A stretch of DNA of 64,000 bases. It comes from an uncultured virus (IMG/VR IMGVR_UViG_3300010885_086743). Lineage: Duplodnaviria; Heunggongvirae; Uroviricota; Caudoviricetes. The DNA lies in IMG/VR virus record IMGVR_UViG_3300010885_086743; one strand, written 5' to 3'. Under the pieces are notes generated by a model. That model made no database searches. It worked only from the letters and a program-made list of their open reading frames with translations, and was not told the origin of the DNA. Positions 10,801 through 21,200 of the stretch are shown here, piece after piece. Every line of letters begins with the position of its first letter. The first letter of the stretch is position 1. The position numbers and the translations under genes were made by a program.

Positions 10801-13800
10801 TTGTTAACTGACAAAATAGCGATAGGTAAAATGTTGTCAGCTGGAGTTACTGTTACTATAACGCTAGTAGAATTTGTTCCTCCTGTATCATCTGTTACAG
10901 TCAAAGTTACTGTGTATATACCTTGAGTTGAGAAGTTGAAAGTAGGATTAGGCGTTGTGGCAGTTAATCCATTAGAGACAACCCAATTATAAGAGATAAT
11001 AGTTCCATCTAAATCAATAGAAGTTTCACCATTGAATGTCAAACTTCCTGGTGCTTTTATAGTCAGAGTAGAGTAAGTTATTTTTGCTACTGGATTTCTG
11101 TTTGTTACATTGATAATCAAATTTGCTTCTGAACTATCACCTATGTTATCAGTTACAGTCAAAGTTGTTTTATATGCGCCAGGTTTTAGATATGTATGAG
11201 TTTCAGCAGTAGTCCCTTGCTGTATAGTTGTTCCATCTCCAAAACCCCAAGCATATTTTGTTATATTTCCATCAGTATCATAGGAATTATTACCAAAGAA
11301 ACTTACTGGCAATAAAGACAAAACGGGATTAGGAGATGCAAATAAAATTGGAACTGGGGGATTGTTTTTAACTACAATGTCAAGTATATAAGAATTACTA
11401 AGACTCCCATCATCTGTTACGGTTAATTTTACTGGATATGTTCCTGATTTTGTAAATGTATGCGAAACAATTTTTTGATAAGTTTGAGCATTTAAAAAAG
11501 ATGTGCTTCCCGTTTCAAATTCCCATAACCAACTTGCAATCTTCCCATCAGCATCAGTAGAACCATCAGTAAAATTTACTTTTAAAGGAGCAAATGCATC
11601 ATTTGTGTCTACAGTGAAGAGTGCTACAGGGGGAATATTTGCTGGTGGTGGTGATATTACAAAATTTGGAATTGATGATGTAGCAGTTCTCTTGTTTGTT
11701 CCATCAGGCAAACCATCATCTGTAACTGTCAAAGAAACAGTGTAAGTTCCTGGGTTAGTATATGTATGTTTGGGGTTTTTTAATGCTATATTTGTTGTGG
11801 AAAAAACTTGACCATCTCCAAAATTCCAGTCCCATTGAGATATAAAACCATCAGAATCAGAAGATGTTTCTGAAAATGTGCCAATTAATGGTTTGAAGCT
11901 TGTTTGTGCGCCAGTAATATTAGATATTACTGGAGGTTGGTTTACTAATGGATTTACAGTAACTTTTTTAGTAATTGATTCAGTTTTTCCACCATTGTCA
12001 GATACTGTCAGTGTAACTTGATATGTTCCAGCCAATGCATAAGTGTGAGATGGATTTTTTGTGAAGTCTGTTGACTGATCTCCAAAATTCCAATTCCAAG
12101 AAATAATAGTGCCATCAGTGTCCGTAGATATGTCAGTGAAATCTATTATTAATCTTCTATTTTGTTGTAAATAAGTAAAGTTTGCTATTGGAGGATTGTT
12201 ACCAGGAGGAAGCACTGTAATTTCTTTTGATCCTGAAACTTGTAGCCCACCTAAATCAGTTATAGTCAACGTGACTAAATACTTTCCAGGATCAGCATAA
12301 ATGTGTTCTGGATTTTGAACATCAGCTGATTGTTTGTCACCAAAATCCCAATACCAAGCCACTAATGGACCCTCAACATCAGTTGAAGTATCTGTAAATT
12401 GAATTTTAAGTGTTGGTGAATAAGATGTTTGAGACGAATTGAAACTTGGAGCTGGTGGATTATTTAAAACGCCATCTACTTTGATTGGTATGCCAAAAAA
12501 TTTACTTGATACTCTACCTATACTATCTTTAATTACAAGTGTAGGAACAAATGTTCCAGCTTTAAGGTATTCGTGAGTAAATGAAAAATTGTCAATTTTC
12601 AAAGCTGTACTTTCATCTCCAAAATCCCAATCATAAAGTTGAATTAAAGAACCATCATTAGCTGGAATTGATTGATCTGTAAATGTAACTAAAAGTGGCA
12701 AAGTACCAGCAGTTGGTGTTGCAGTAAATTTAGCTTGAGGCATAAGATTATTTACTGGCGCAGGATTTACTGTTATTATAATTGTTGCTGGATTGCTACT
12801 AATTCCACTAGCATTTGTCACTATCAAAGTTACGGTGAAAGTTATTGAATTTACAGTATTGTTGACAAAAGTATGTGTAGGATTCTCTTCTGTTGATTGA
12901 GTTTCGTCTCCAAAATTCCAAGTAAAAGTTAAATTGCTACCACCAGGATCATAAGAATTAGTTGAAAGAAAATTAACTAATAAAGCAGATTGACCACTTA
13001 CGGGATTTGCTTGTATGTCAGCTACTGGATTGTTATTTTTAGTATCGGTAGTTGAGCCTGAATCATTAACACACTCTATGTCAAATTTTCTTACACCAGA
13101 TAACTTAAAATATGGGTGAAATAAAACTGCTTCTATAGAACATTTTCCAGTATCATAAGCAACAAAAACTTCTCCGTTATACTCTGGTTTTTTGCAAGAG
13201 ATAAGGGCAGGTCTTTGTTTTGGAACTGAGGCATTTAAATCACTTTTTGCATCGTAATAAGTGATAATATTTTTTCTATTAATAAGCTCAGAAACTAAGT
13301 CTTCATCTAATTTTCCTTTGACTAAATGAAGCTTGTCAAAACGATTTTTTCCCAAAATAATAGAAGAAACAGGATATTCAAAATAATAAATACCTCCGTT
13401 GCACCAAAAAACAGATCTATGCAATTTTAATTTTTCATCATAATCTGATGTTAGTCCATAAATATTATATTTATCAGAAAGAGTGTTTCCAGTAAGAGCA
13501 TCTAAATCAAATAAGGTGTTTTTATCTTGCAACTGATAATTTGAAATTAATTTAAAATTAATTTTTCTTGGAGATGCATTTAGTGAGTATGCAACTATGT
13601 ACTCTCTCGAACTAATCTGTGTTAATGTTGGAAATGATGAAACTGCAGCTCCTGAAGTCGCAATAGGCTCTAGCAATCTAAAATCTGAAATATATGCTGG
13701 AGGCACACCATCAACAAATATTGTTTTATCCGTTACTGGTGGTTTTATATTTGTAGTATTTAATGAAATAGATCTTACTAAAATTGCACCAGGATCTGCA

Positions 13801-16800
13801 TACCCTACATTAAATAATTGAGTTGCTTGATCAGTAATAACATATGAATTAAATCTTGTTCCTTTGAATGCTTTTGATAATGTTGAAAAATTAGCATCTA
13901 ATTTTGCTTGTCCATCAATGAAAGGATACCAAGAGAACTTATTTCTCATATCAGTATTCGCCGCAATAAGTGAATCAAAATTATGAGAATGTAAAACTTT
14001 TGTATTTGAATTTCTTTCAGTCAATAAGAACGTATCAATTTTATGTATTTGGTTTATATGAGAGTCTGAACCAATAATAAAAGGAAATTCACCCTTTACA
14101 GTTACCCCTGATCCAGACAGTGCGTTATATCCTACAGGAAACTTTTCATACTGTTTTGAGAAAAAAGAATCTGTTTGTATTAAAGCAGTTTGATTTTCAT
14201 TTCCAGGCGTAGTACTAGGAACTGTGTAGGCAATAATTATAGAATTTTCAAAACCTGATTCACAGGCTGATAAATTAGTGGCAACATTTTCTTTTCCACC
14301 CTTAAAAGCTGCTCTTTCTCTTTTAGATTGAGACATTTTTCTTGTGGAACTTCTATAGTCTGATGGTGTAGGAAAATTTTTAGATTTTTCAAGTTCTATA
14401 TAATTGTTGTGTGAATTTTTGCCATAAGGTATTGTTGTTTCAAAATAGCCTTTGGCATCTGATTCGTCTGATCCAGCATTTTGATTATCAGTAGTGTCAA
14501 ATAAATTTGCTTTCCTTAAATTGTCGGTAGTACTTTTTTGCGAAGGTAAAATCAATCCATATCCTGGACCTCTTACTACCAACCCTCCCCTTAAATGAAG
14601 TGTTGATTCTTGGGCAGTTCCATCTTTATTGAGTAAAGATGTATTTCCAAACAAATCTGGCTTACCTGGAGGAAAATTAGCATTCATTCTATGGAAAATT
14701 GTTTGTGCCAATAGATTTTGCAAATCATTTAAACTTATATCTATAGCTAGCTTATATGTAGTTCCACTGCCAGTATTACTTCCACTGGGTAAAGCCATCA
14801 AACCATTACCTAGCACCCAAGAAGCATAACCTGTTTCACTATTTAAATACTCAGGATCTAAATTGTTTGAAAAAATAACTTTTCCAGTTATTGGATCAAT
14901 GTTTTGCTTCTTTGGAACACTTGTAGCAATCCAGCCAGGGTGCCTTGTAACACTTCCACTTGGATTAGATGAGTCTAACCATCTAGGAGCTACATATTCA
15001 TCTACTTTATTAATATTATCACAAAGTTGAGATATACTTTTTGGAAATAGATCCCAAGTATTTATTGTTTCACTTATAGAATTTTGCCAAGAAATATCGC
15101 CTTCTTCTTCATCCCTGCCATCTGTATTTTGTTGAAAAAATCTTCTAGTGTAATAATTTGTTTCTAAAGTAGACGAAACTTGAAATCTTGTTTTTTCTTC
15201 GAATACATTATTATTTCCAGAAGAAACAAAATTACCAAGTGAGTTATCTCTTACTAGTTTTATTTGGCCTAATTCTAAACCACTTGATACTAACTCTATT
15301 TTATTTGCTCTAGTTATTCCATAAAAAGAACCATTATTTGCTTCATCTTCTGGGTAATCGTCTATTACATTAACTTCTGGTCCAGATGGTGAATTTGTTG
15401 ATAAATTTAATCGTAATGGGCTGTTTACTGGAAAAATAAATTCAACAAGCTTAGGATTTGTCAAAGGAACTATTGGCGCATTTAAAGAGAAGAAATTATA
15501 ATTATCACCATTCTTTAGCGGTATACCTTCAGTGTCAGGACTATCACCAATATTTTGTTTGGCGTATTCTAGAGTGGCTTTGTAAGTATTACCAATTTTT
15601 ACTATTGATTTAAATTTTATAAATATTGATCTAAAAGTATCATCTGTGTCATTATCAAAAAAAGTAAGTTGAACTGTAGTAGATCCTAAATTAAAAATCA
15701 AATTTGGATCTGGATTAGTTGATCGCTCTACAGTTATATATGATAATCCAGTATTAACTTGATCATCTATGTAATCAATAATTTTGTATTTTTTAGATTT
15801 CTTGGTAACTGAATCGATCAATAAAATAGCATTGTATGGCACAGTTAAATTTTGATTGAAGGCTTTTATTGGATTTACATAAACAACTGAAGATCCATCT
15901 ACAAATTTTTTGGTAATGTTTGAAACTACATCTGATAAATCAGGATTACCAAAATCATAATCAAAAATCTGATATTCGTTTGGGTAATTGCCTTTGCTGT
16001 CTTTTTCAATAAATTGATCTATAGATTTATCTTTAGTTATATCATTTTGAGGAATATAAAGATAAATAGTTTTTCTATAGTCAGCATTATCAAATGCCTC
16101 AGGTAAAGAACCATTCCAAAATTTAGCAAGTTTTACTTTGCCATTTAAAGCTCTTGGTTTTCCATAAATTACATTTGTTCCACCAGTACTTGGAAATCTT
16201 TGCTTATCAACTTCAAAATAATCTAAGGCTCCACTAGCACTGTCTGTCAAATACACAAAACCCGAACTTATAATTTTATTTTTAGTATCTGCTTTAATCC
16301 AATCTAAAGATGAATCACTTTGAGATTTTTTAGTAATTATAAAATCATCTTTTGGTAAATTTTCTTTTGCTAGATATCCGAATACTTCTGTAGTTTTGGG
16401 CTTAGACGTAGTGTATGTATTAAGTCTCGGATATGGCGAATCTTGATTGTCAACAAAATCAATAGAATTATCAGGATTGCAAAGATCAATTCTTATATTA
16501 ACATAATCTTTAGAGTTTGTATTTACATTCCAAGATTTTATATTTTCTGTCCAAGTTCCGCCTGCATTAAGTGAAGGCCCATTTGAAGTTTCTGTTATTT
16601 CAATTTGTCCAGAAACTGATTCACCATTAGGGGATTTTATTTGTGCTTGTAAATATCTGTACCCTGAAAGATTTAAATCACCATAGTAATTTGTATTACC
16701 AGGGACTCCCTTATAAATTCTGACATTTCCAGAACCAGCTATAGGATATTCTTTATCTTGTTTAATGCTCATTGCATTAAACTTCCAACCTCTTAGTGGT

Positions 16801-18236
16801 AGAGGAATTGGCCTTGATGTTAAGGCGTATCCATCAATAGTTCTTTTTTGAGGAGGGTAATTTATATTAATACATTGCCCGTTTTGATTCACCCAATAAT
16901 CTGGATAATCAAAATGAGAAGGAGGCATATCTAAAATATCAAACTTCTCTTTGGCCAATGCTCCATCAACAACTCCGTGAATCCAAATCTGTCTATTATC
17001 TAGTTCATAAAATGGTATTAAAACAGAGTTGCCATCTTTTCTTTCAGCGTATCCATTATATTTAGGAGTGTTGTCACGAGCTTCTAATATGTAAGCTTTC
17101 AAAAATTTGTAAGTTTGCTCCCCAGCATCAAAAACCCCATTTGATGATTCTATAGTTTTATAAGTTGCCTCTGGGTAAACACTTTTATTGTAAGTGAAAG
17201 TTGGATATCCCGTACTAGCAAAACCAACAATATATGCTGTTAATTTGTCTGGATAACTTTGTGTCCAATCTTTGACTACTGCTTCAAAAGAAACTTTTCT
17301 TGTAGGTTCCGCTTCTATAAGAAATCTTGCTGCTACTTTTGGATTGCTTGTTTTGTTTGCTTGTGGATGAACTGATAAATTAAAATTTTCAAAATCAATG
17401 TATGAATAGTCTGTTTTTGCTACAATTTGCTTATCAGAATCTGACAAAGGTACATTACTTGAAACTGAACAATATCCAGAATTTGTTATGTTTCCATTCC
17501 AAGCGTTGAATTGTTTACTGCAAACATACGATGTAGGAAAGAAAGAAGTATTTGTTGTGTATGATCTAGAGTAAGTATTAGTTTTTCCTTTTGAATTTGT
17601 GTGTACTATTTTTATTCCAAAAGTTGACTTTTTCTTTAAATCAGGAACTTCATACCAATTCAAAGTTGTATATTTTGGCCATTGATGAACTGTATCTTTA
17701 TCTAACTTTTTAGGTATCCAGTTTTCATTATCTCCACAATTAGTAGGAGTAGGATCTCCCAATTCCATAGGATAATACTCATCTATATCTACATACTCAT
17801 CTAGTGGCATTCCATAAAAAACAGAACCTTCTATCGTTCCTGAAACGGTAGTTGATTTCATTCCTGATTCATCTATAGGAAATATTTCTAATATAAAATT
17901 ATCACGTACGCTATTGAAATTATCTTTTAGAAAATAATTGAATCTGATAATTCTATTTTGAGATCCAATTTGCACATCACCCGATCCAAAAGTATACGCA
18001 TTACCATTCCAACCATGTTCAAAATATGGAAATGTGTCAGCTTGCGTATTGGCAACTAATCCTGAAGCTTCAAAAGAACCTCCAGCAAAGTTAAAATTGA
18101 AATATGCTCCTGTGTTCCAAAAAAACTGACCTCTAGCAAAAGGTTTACCATCAATACCAACAACTACCTCATAGTTGAATTTGAACTTTCCAACATAAGA
18201 TAAATTTCTGGATCTATCAATTTTATAAGTGGCCAT
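7830..18236 (-). CDS. giant PKD-repeat virion/adhesin-like protein with C-terminal RCC1/BLIP-II-like repeats
   Basis: 3468 aa. 14 NxxP[VI]A...W[DN]FGDG...HTY..PG.Y.V.LTV.D units counted by eye. C-terminal IESGLYHSF, SGLNSNGQLG, VSAGDYCS, GLNDYGQLG and IAAGGNHS motifs. Confidence 0.85.
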   Translation of the reverse strand: MATYKIDRSRNLSYVGKFKFNYEVVVGIDGKPFARGQFFWNTGAYFNFNFAGGSFEASGLVANTQADTFPYFEHGWNGNAYTFGSGDVQIGSQNRIIRFNYFLKDNFNSVRDNFILEIFPIDESGMKSTTVSGTIEGSVFYGMPLDEYVDIDEYYPMELGDPTPTNCGDNENWIPKKLDKDTVHQWPKYTTLNWYEVPDLKKKSTFGIKIVHTNSKGKTNTYSRSYTTNTSFFPTSYVCSKQFNAWNGNITNSGYCSVSSNVPLSDSDKQIVAKTDYSYIDFENFNLSVHPQANKTSNPKVAARFLIEAEPTRKVSFEAVVKDWTQSYPDKLTAYIVGFASTGYPTFTYNKSVYPEATYKTIESSNGVFDAGEQTYKFLKAYILEARDNTPKYNGYAERKDGNSVLIPFYELDNRQIWIHGVVDGALAKEKFDILDMPPSHFDYPDYWVNQNGQCININYPPQKRTIDGYALTSRPIPLPLRGWKFNAMSIKQDKEYPIAGSGNVRIYKGVPGNTNYYGDLNLSGYRYLQAQIKSPNGESVSGQIEITETSNGPSLNAGGTWTENIKSWNVNTNSKDYVNIRIDLCNPDNSIDFVDNQDSPYPRLNTYTTSKPKTTEVFGYLAKENLPKDDFIITKKSQSDSSLDWIKADTKNKIISSGFVYLTDSASGALDYFEVDKQRFPSTGGTNVIYGKPRALNGKVKLAKFWNGSLPEAFDNADYRKTIYLYIPQNDITKDKSIDQFIEKDSKGNYPNEYQIFDYDFGNPDLSDVVSNITKKFVDGSSVVYVNPIKAFNQNLTVPYNAILLIDSVTKKSKKYKIIDYIDDQVNTGLSYITVERSTNPDPNLIFNLGSTTVQLTFFDNDTDDTFRSIFIKFKSIVKIGNTYKATLEYAKQNIGDSPDTEGIPLKNGDNYNFFSLNAPIVPLTNPKLVEFIFPVNSPLRLNLSTNSPSGPEVNVIDDYPEDEANNGSFYGITRANKIELVSSGLELGQIKLVRDNSLGNFVSSGNNNVFEEKTRFQVSSTLETNYYTRRFFQQNTDGRDEEEGDISWQNSISETINTWDLFPKSISQLCDNINKVDEYVAPRWLDSSNPSGSVTRHPGWIATSVPKKQNIDPITGKVIFSNNLDPEYLNSETGYASWVLGNGLMALPSGSNTGSGTTYKLAIDISLNDLQNLLAQTIFHRMNANFPPGKPDLFGNTSLLNKDGTAQESTLHLRGGLVVRGPGYGLILPSQKSTTDNLRKANLFDTTDNQNAGSDESDAKGYFETTIPYGKNSHNNYIELEKSKNFPTPSDYRSSTRKMSQSKRERAAFKGGKENVATNLSACESGFENSIIIAYTVPSTTPGNENQTALIQTDSFFSKQYEKFPVGYNALSGSGVTVKGEFPFIIGSDSHINQIHKIDTFLLTERNSNTKVLHSHNFDSLIAANTDMRNKFSWYPFIDGQAKLDANFSTLSKAFKGTRFNSYVITDQATQLFNVGYADPGAILVRSISLNTTNIKPPVTDKTIFVDGVPPAYISDFRLLEPIATSGAAVSSFPTLTQISSREYIVAYSLNASPRKINFKLISNYQLQDKNTLFDLDALTGNTLSDKYNIYGLTSDYDEKLKLHRSVFWCNGGIYYFEYPVSSIILGKNRFDKLHLVKGKLDEDLVSELINRKNIITYYDAKSDLNASVPKQRPALISCKKPEYNGEVFVAYDTGKCSIEAVLFHPYFKLSGVRKFDIECVNDSGSTTDTKNNNPVADIQANPVSGQSALLVNFLSTNSYDPGGSNLTFTWNFGDETQSTEENPTHTFVNNTVNSITFTVTLIVTNASGISSNPATIIITVNPAPVNNLMPQAKFTATPTAGTLPLLVTFTDQSIPANDGSLIQLYDWDFGDESTALKIDNFSFTHEYLKAGTFVPTLVIKDSIGRVSSKFFGIPIKVDGVLNNPPAPSFNSSQTSYSPTLKIQFTDTSTDVEGPLVAWYWDFGDKQSADVQNPEHIYADPGKYLVTLTITDLGGLQVSGSKEITVLPPGNNPPIANFTYLQQNRRLIIDFTDISTDTDGTIISWNWNFGDQSTDFTKNPSHTYALAGTYQVTLTVSDNGGKTESITKKVTVNPLVNQPPVISNITGAQTSFKPLIGTFSETSSDSDGFISQWDWNFGDGQVFSTTNIALKNPKHTYTNPGTYTVSLTVTDDGLPDGTNKRTATSSIPNFVISPPPANIPPVALFTVDTNDAFAPLKVNFTDGSTDADGKIASWLWEFETGSTSFLNAQTYQKIVSHTFTKSGTYPVKLTVTDDGSLSNSYILDIVVKNNPPVPILFASPNPVLSLLPVSFFGNNSYDTDGNITKYAWGFGDGTTIQQGTTAETHTYLKPGAYKTTLTVTDNIGDSSEANLIINVTNRNPVAKITYSTLTIKAPGSLTFNGETSIDLDGTIISYNWVVSNGLTATTPNPTFNFSTQGIYTVTLTVTDDTGGTNSTSVIVTVTPADNILPIAILSVNKNLGVINDSFIFNVSNSYDPDGSITLYQLDFGDGNSTQFVNPAPISHIYKTVGVFTAKLIATDNRNGVSLETVNSVQKITINNQPPVANFSFSPINAFTFDPITFTDNSSDLENALSKWSWDYGDGTSFTTSDSLQKNPTKSYSDGNKDYTVYLTVYDNFGLSNTTSHLVHINNRKPFAVISTSSTPTNNTIDGIAPFTVIFDSSSYDLDGTVVNYEWYLNGISGTPITTKSFAYTFTSARFTPYVVTLRVQDDDGDWSDSVYIGVKVNIPNTPPVAVISANPPSRTRQAPITVDFSAAGSYDPDNVGGPLIYSWDFGNGNTSDAFNASTVYSQPGTYKVSLVVTDNLAATNTATLDYIVLNNKPIALIDTLPSGIVSIRINTPIVFTSSGSYDTDTNQFINGYKWLKDGVNQNSNTPTFETSFDSVGNHTITLSVFDNLGLESNLVSKTVYVFTDPIPTPNQNPIAILGNEPGITGYIELKVGDSFTFDGTTSYDPEDGFNITYEWSIGGVKSGFNSTFTNQFSTVGIFAVSLVVFDTKKLSSTSATNLGKRYTVNVNVSTVLNPLANKLFSSGQALYGAISSNSNAPDRYGFQLVDDTKQYTIIESGLYHSFVVDADGKLYASGLNSNGQLGFPSNITQQNSFTLVPLASKYKVVKVSAGDYCSAIIAEDTTLNKRVLLVCGSNINGIFGQALPRTNIYNFQPILERATTNNGASYLSNNSFLDVSCNSYILAFTDNRKVWVAGTHNYVNKTGINDTGFFPVNIDPNPDTLLGSINYLNPFKLEVGFNNLSGFVTGLSYDIDNQIVWFTGLSSLRGWGYAYDISTYENSIVVITASLDPYFDHAIYLYFFSYNEIPQFNVSGGLVSDTNPGLNPPENFLKVSTGKFGYLAISENLYFPYGLNDYGQLGYEQSVSNSNTLSLQAGYQDGQVLPNMSVKGTFDIAAGGNHSIILASNIRPSSYSFTITKPGGYATDPQYPTAYPITQIAG
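9115..13037 (-). repeat. tandem array of 14 PKD/Ig-like protein domains
   Basis: Protein-level repeats of ~85-100 aa from NNNPVADIQ to VNVNVST. No exact DNA-level repeat was noticed. Confidence 0.85.
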
Positions 18237-18237
18237 T

Positions 18238-21200
18238 TTAACTTCTTAAGAATCTATCTAACATAGTTTGTACAGTCTGCTGGGTTTCCTTACGTATTTC
18301 CCTGATCTTCTCTTCTGTCTTCATTTCTATGTTGTATATTTCTTGAATTATTTCTTTTTTGATAGTGTGGAATTCATTTTTAGTTATGACATTGGACACT
18401 AAATTATTTGTTACATTTTCAATTTTCTTGACAAGCAACTCTTCTACTTTGTTTTCAACTATTTTTTCAGTCTTTTTCTGTTCTTCTTTCTCTTGGTGAT
18501 AGTTATTTGTAGTGAAAGTTTGACGATTATCTACTTTGTAATAATTGTCTTTCTTCTCTTTGTAAACATCAATTTTAATTTGAGAAGTATTGTTTATAAT
18601 ACGATTTTGTGTCTGTTCAACTTTCTGTATTTTCTGAGTGACTTTGCGCTCATTTGTAGTCTTTTGAACATTCAAAACATCCAATAGTTGAAAGAAATTA
18701 TTAACCTTTCTATCTTTACTTGTTTTTGATACTTTTTGTTCATTATAAAAATTCATCATATCAAAGAAGTTTTGTTCTACTTTATATGAATTTCCTTGCA
18801 CCTTGATAGTTTCTCTATTTATCCTATCTAATCGCTTTGAAATACGGGCAAATTCACGATCTGTTTTCTTCTCTTGTTTCATTTGCTGAGTGATATTCAA
18901 TTCAGTAAATAAATAAGAAATATTCTTTTTATTACTTTCAAAACTATAACGATTTAAGATCGTAGTATTCTTTTCAGTTTCTAGTAAATTCAAATTCTGA
19001 ATAAATTCTTGCATCTGTACTTTTTGTGTTTTATTAGTAATTTGAAGAACAGAATTATTTTGAACATTATTTGTTATGTTTATATCTTGTAATGTTTCTC
19101 TAATCTTTTGTCTCTGAGAAATATTGCTTATTTTGCTTTCAAATCTATTGAAAGATTGGATATAATTCTTGCTCAAATTGATAGCAGTAATAAATTCTTT
19201 TTGATCTATTTTGCTGACACGATTTACAACATTACTCTCTTGGATTACATTGTTTACAAAGTTCAAATTCTTAACTATCTGGTCAACATTTTTAACTTGT
19301 GAAATTTTATTTATTTGCTGAACACTAGTTTTAAATTCTCTATAGTTCTGAGATATCAAATTTAAATCTTTAGTAATTTGATTGATATTATTAGTATTAG
19401 AAATCTTAGAAATATTCTGAGCAGTTTCTTGAGTAACATTTACTGTATCCAATATTTCCACATTTTTGACAAGATTTGAAATTCTATTATAGATTTTTCT
19501 TTCTTGCACAGTCTTAGTCAAATTTACAACATTTAGTAAATCTTTATTTTCGACTTTAGAAAATTTTTGAATGATTTCTGTAATTTGATTTACAGATGAT
19601 AATTTCAAATTAGAAACATCAGTTTTATTTGTTAGATTTATAATATTTTCAACTTGATTAATTTTTTGCTGAGTAACATTTTCTAACTGGCTGATCTTCT
19701 TTATTACTTCAATATGTTCTTCAGTCAAATTGTTCACTTGATTTATTTTCGAGAGCTTCTGTATATTTTCTGCAACCAAATTAAAATGAGAAATCTTGAC
19801 ATTATCAAACTTAGAAATATCGATATTTCTTGTTACGTTCATCAAGTTCTTTAAATTTTGAATTTCTGTTTTAAATTCTGTTGTGCTTATGTTATTTTCT
19901 TGAGTAATTAAATTTTCTAGATTTTCTGTAATTTGATTTACGTTGTTGTATCTTGCAAGCCTAGTAACTTTTCTTACTAAATTTTCTGTTTTCTTGATAT
20001 CTTGAGTTATGTTGATATTCTTCAGCAAATTGATTTTTTCTGTAATATTTTCAGTGTTGAAATTAGATAGTTTTTCTACAATGTAAGAAATATTTGATTG
20101 ATTGAAAGATTGTGAAAAATTTTGTAAATTTTGTAAATTTTCAACTATATTTAAATTTTCAACATTTTTTTGGTCAACACGAATTGTAGATAGCTTGGGA
20201 TTTATTGAAGTCGTATTTAATTTTTCAATTACATTTGAAATATTTTTGTAACTCTGTGCAATTCTAGTAAAAAATTTACTTTCGGATAAATTGACAAAAG
20301 ATTTAAACTCTTGAGTAATATTTAAAGAAGATAATTTATTTATAATTTGATTTTCAGTAGTATCAAAAGAAACAACATTTTTTGAAAGATTCACAAGATT
20401 CTTGATATTTTCAACTGTGGAACTTGAAACTTTAGTAATTTCCAAATTGTTATTTTTAGAATAATTTAGAACATCCACTAAATTCTTAATATTTGAAGTG
20501 TTGATATTGCTTTGTCTCAACACTGTGTAAATACTATTCAACTGCTCTTCATTTGTAGCTAAGGACAATAATGCTCTAACTGTTTGATTGTTAGAAATGT
20601 TGCTTATTTTGTTGATAATTATGTTAGAGTAGTCATCAATATACTCTGTATTATTGAGTACATTTTTGATTTCTTTTGTAAAGAAATTACTCGTTTTTTC
20701 TTGAATATGAAACATTCTGTGATGGACAAAAGAAATATTTTGTTGAGCTACATTTAAATCACTTTTAATTTTAGTAATTTTATTTTCAACATACTGATTA
20801 CTATTTTTGATCGTCTTCAAAACAGCATATTGAAATTCATAATCATTAGCAGTGTATTCGTAATTTACATTTTTAGTTAAATTTACAATATTTTTGTAAT
20901 GATTGTTTTTGTGAGTGACACTATGTCTATGGATATTCTGATATGTGTTTTTAAGATTAATTTCAGTTTGTTTAATTTGTTGCACTGTATCGTTGAAGAA
21001 ATTTAAGTTCTGAATAAATTCTCTGTATCTATTTTCAATATGTCTGTAGAAATTATAAGAAGTTGATAAGTTCTTAAGATTTGTTTCATAAACAGTTTTT
21101 TCAGAATGATTAAGTATTCTATTGAACTCAATACTCAAGTTCTTACTGTGCTGATTGACTATTTTGAAGAATTGATTTTCAACATTTGGCGCAATATTTA

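Noticed and set aside
7830..13037. Diversity-generating retroelement target in the PKD/RCC1 gene
   Set aside because: No reverse transcriptase or TR/VR repeat pair was seen in this window.
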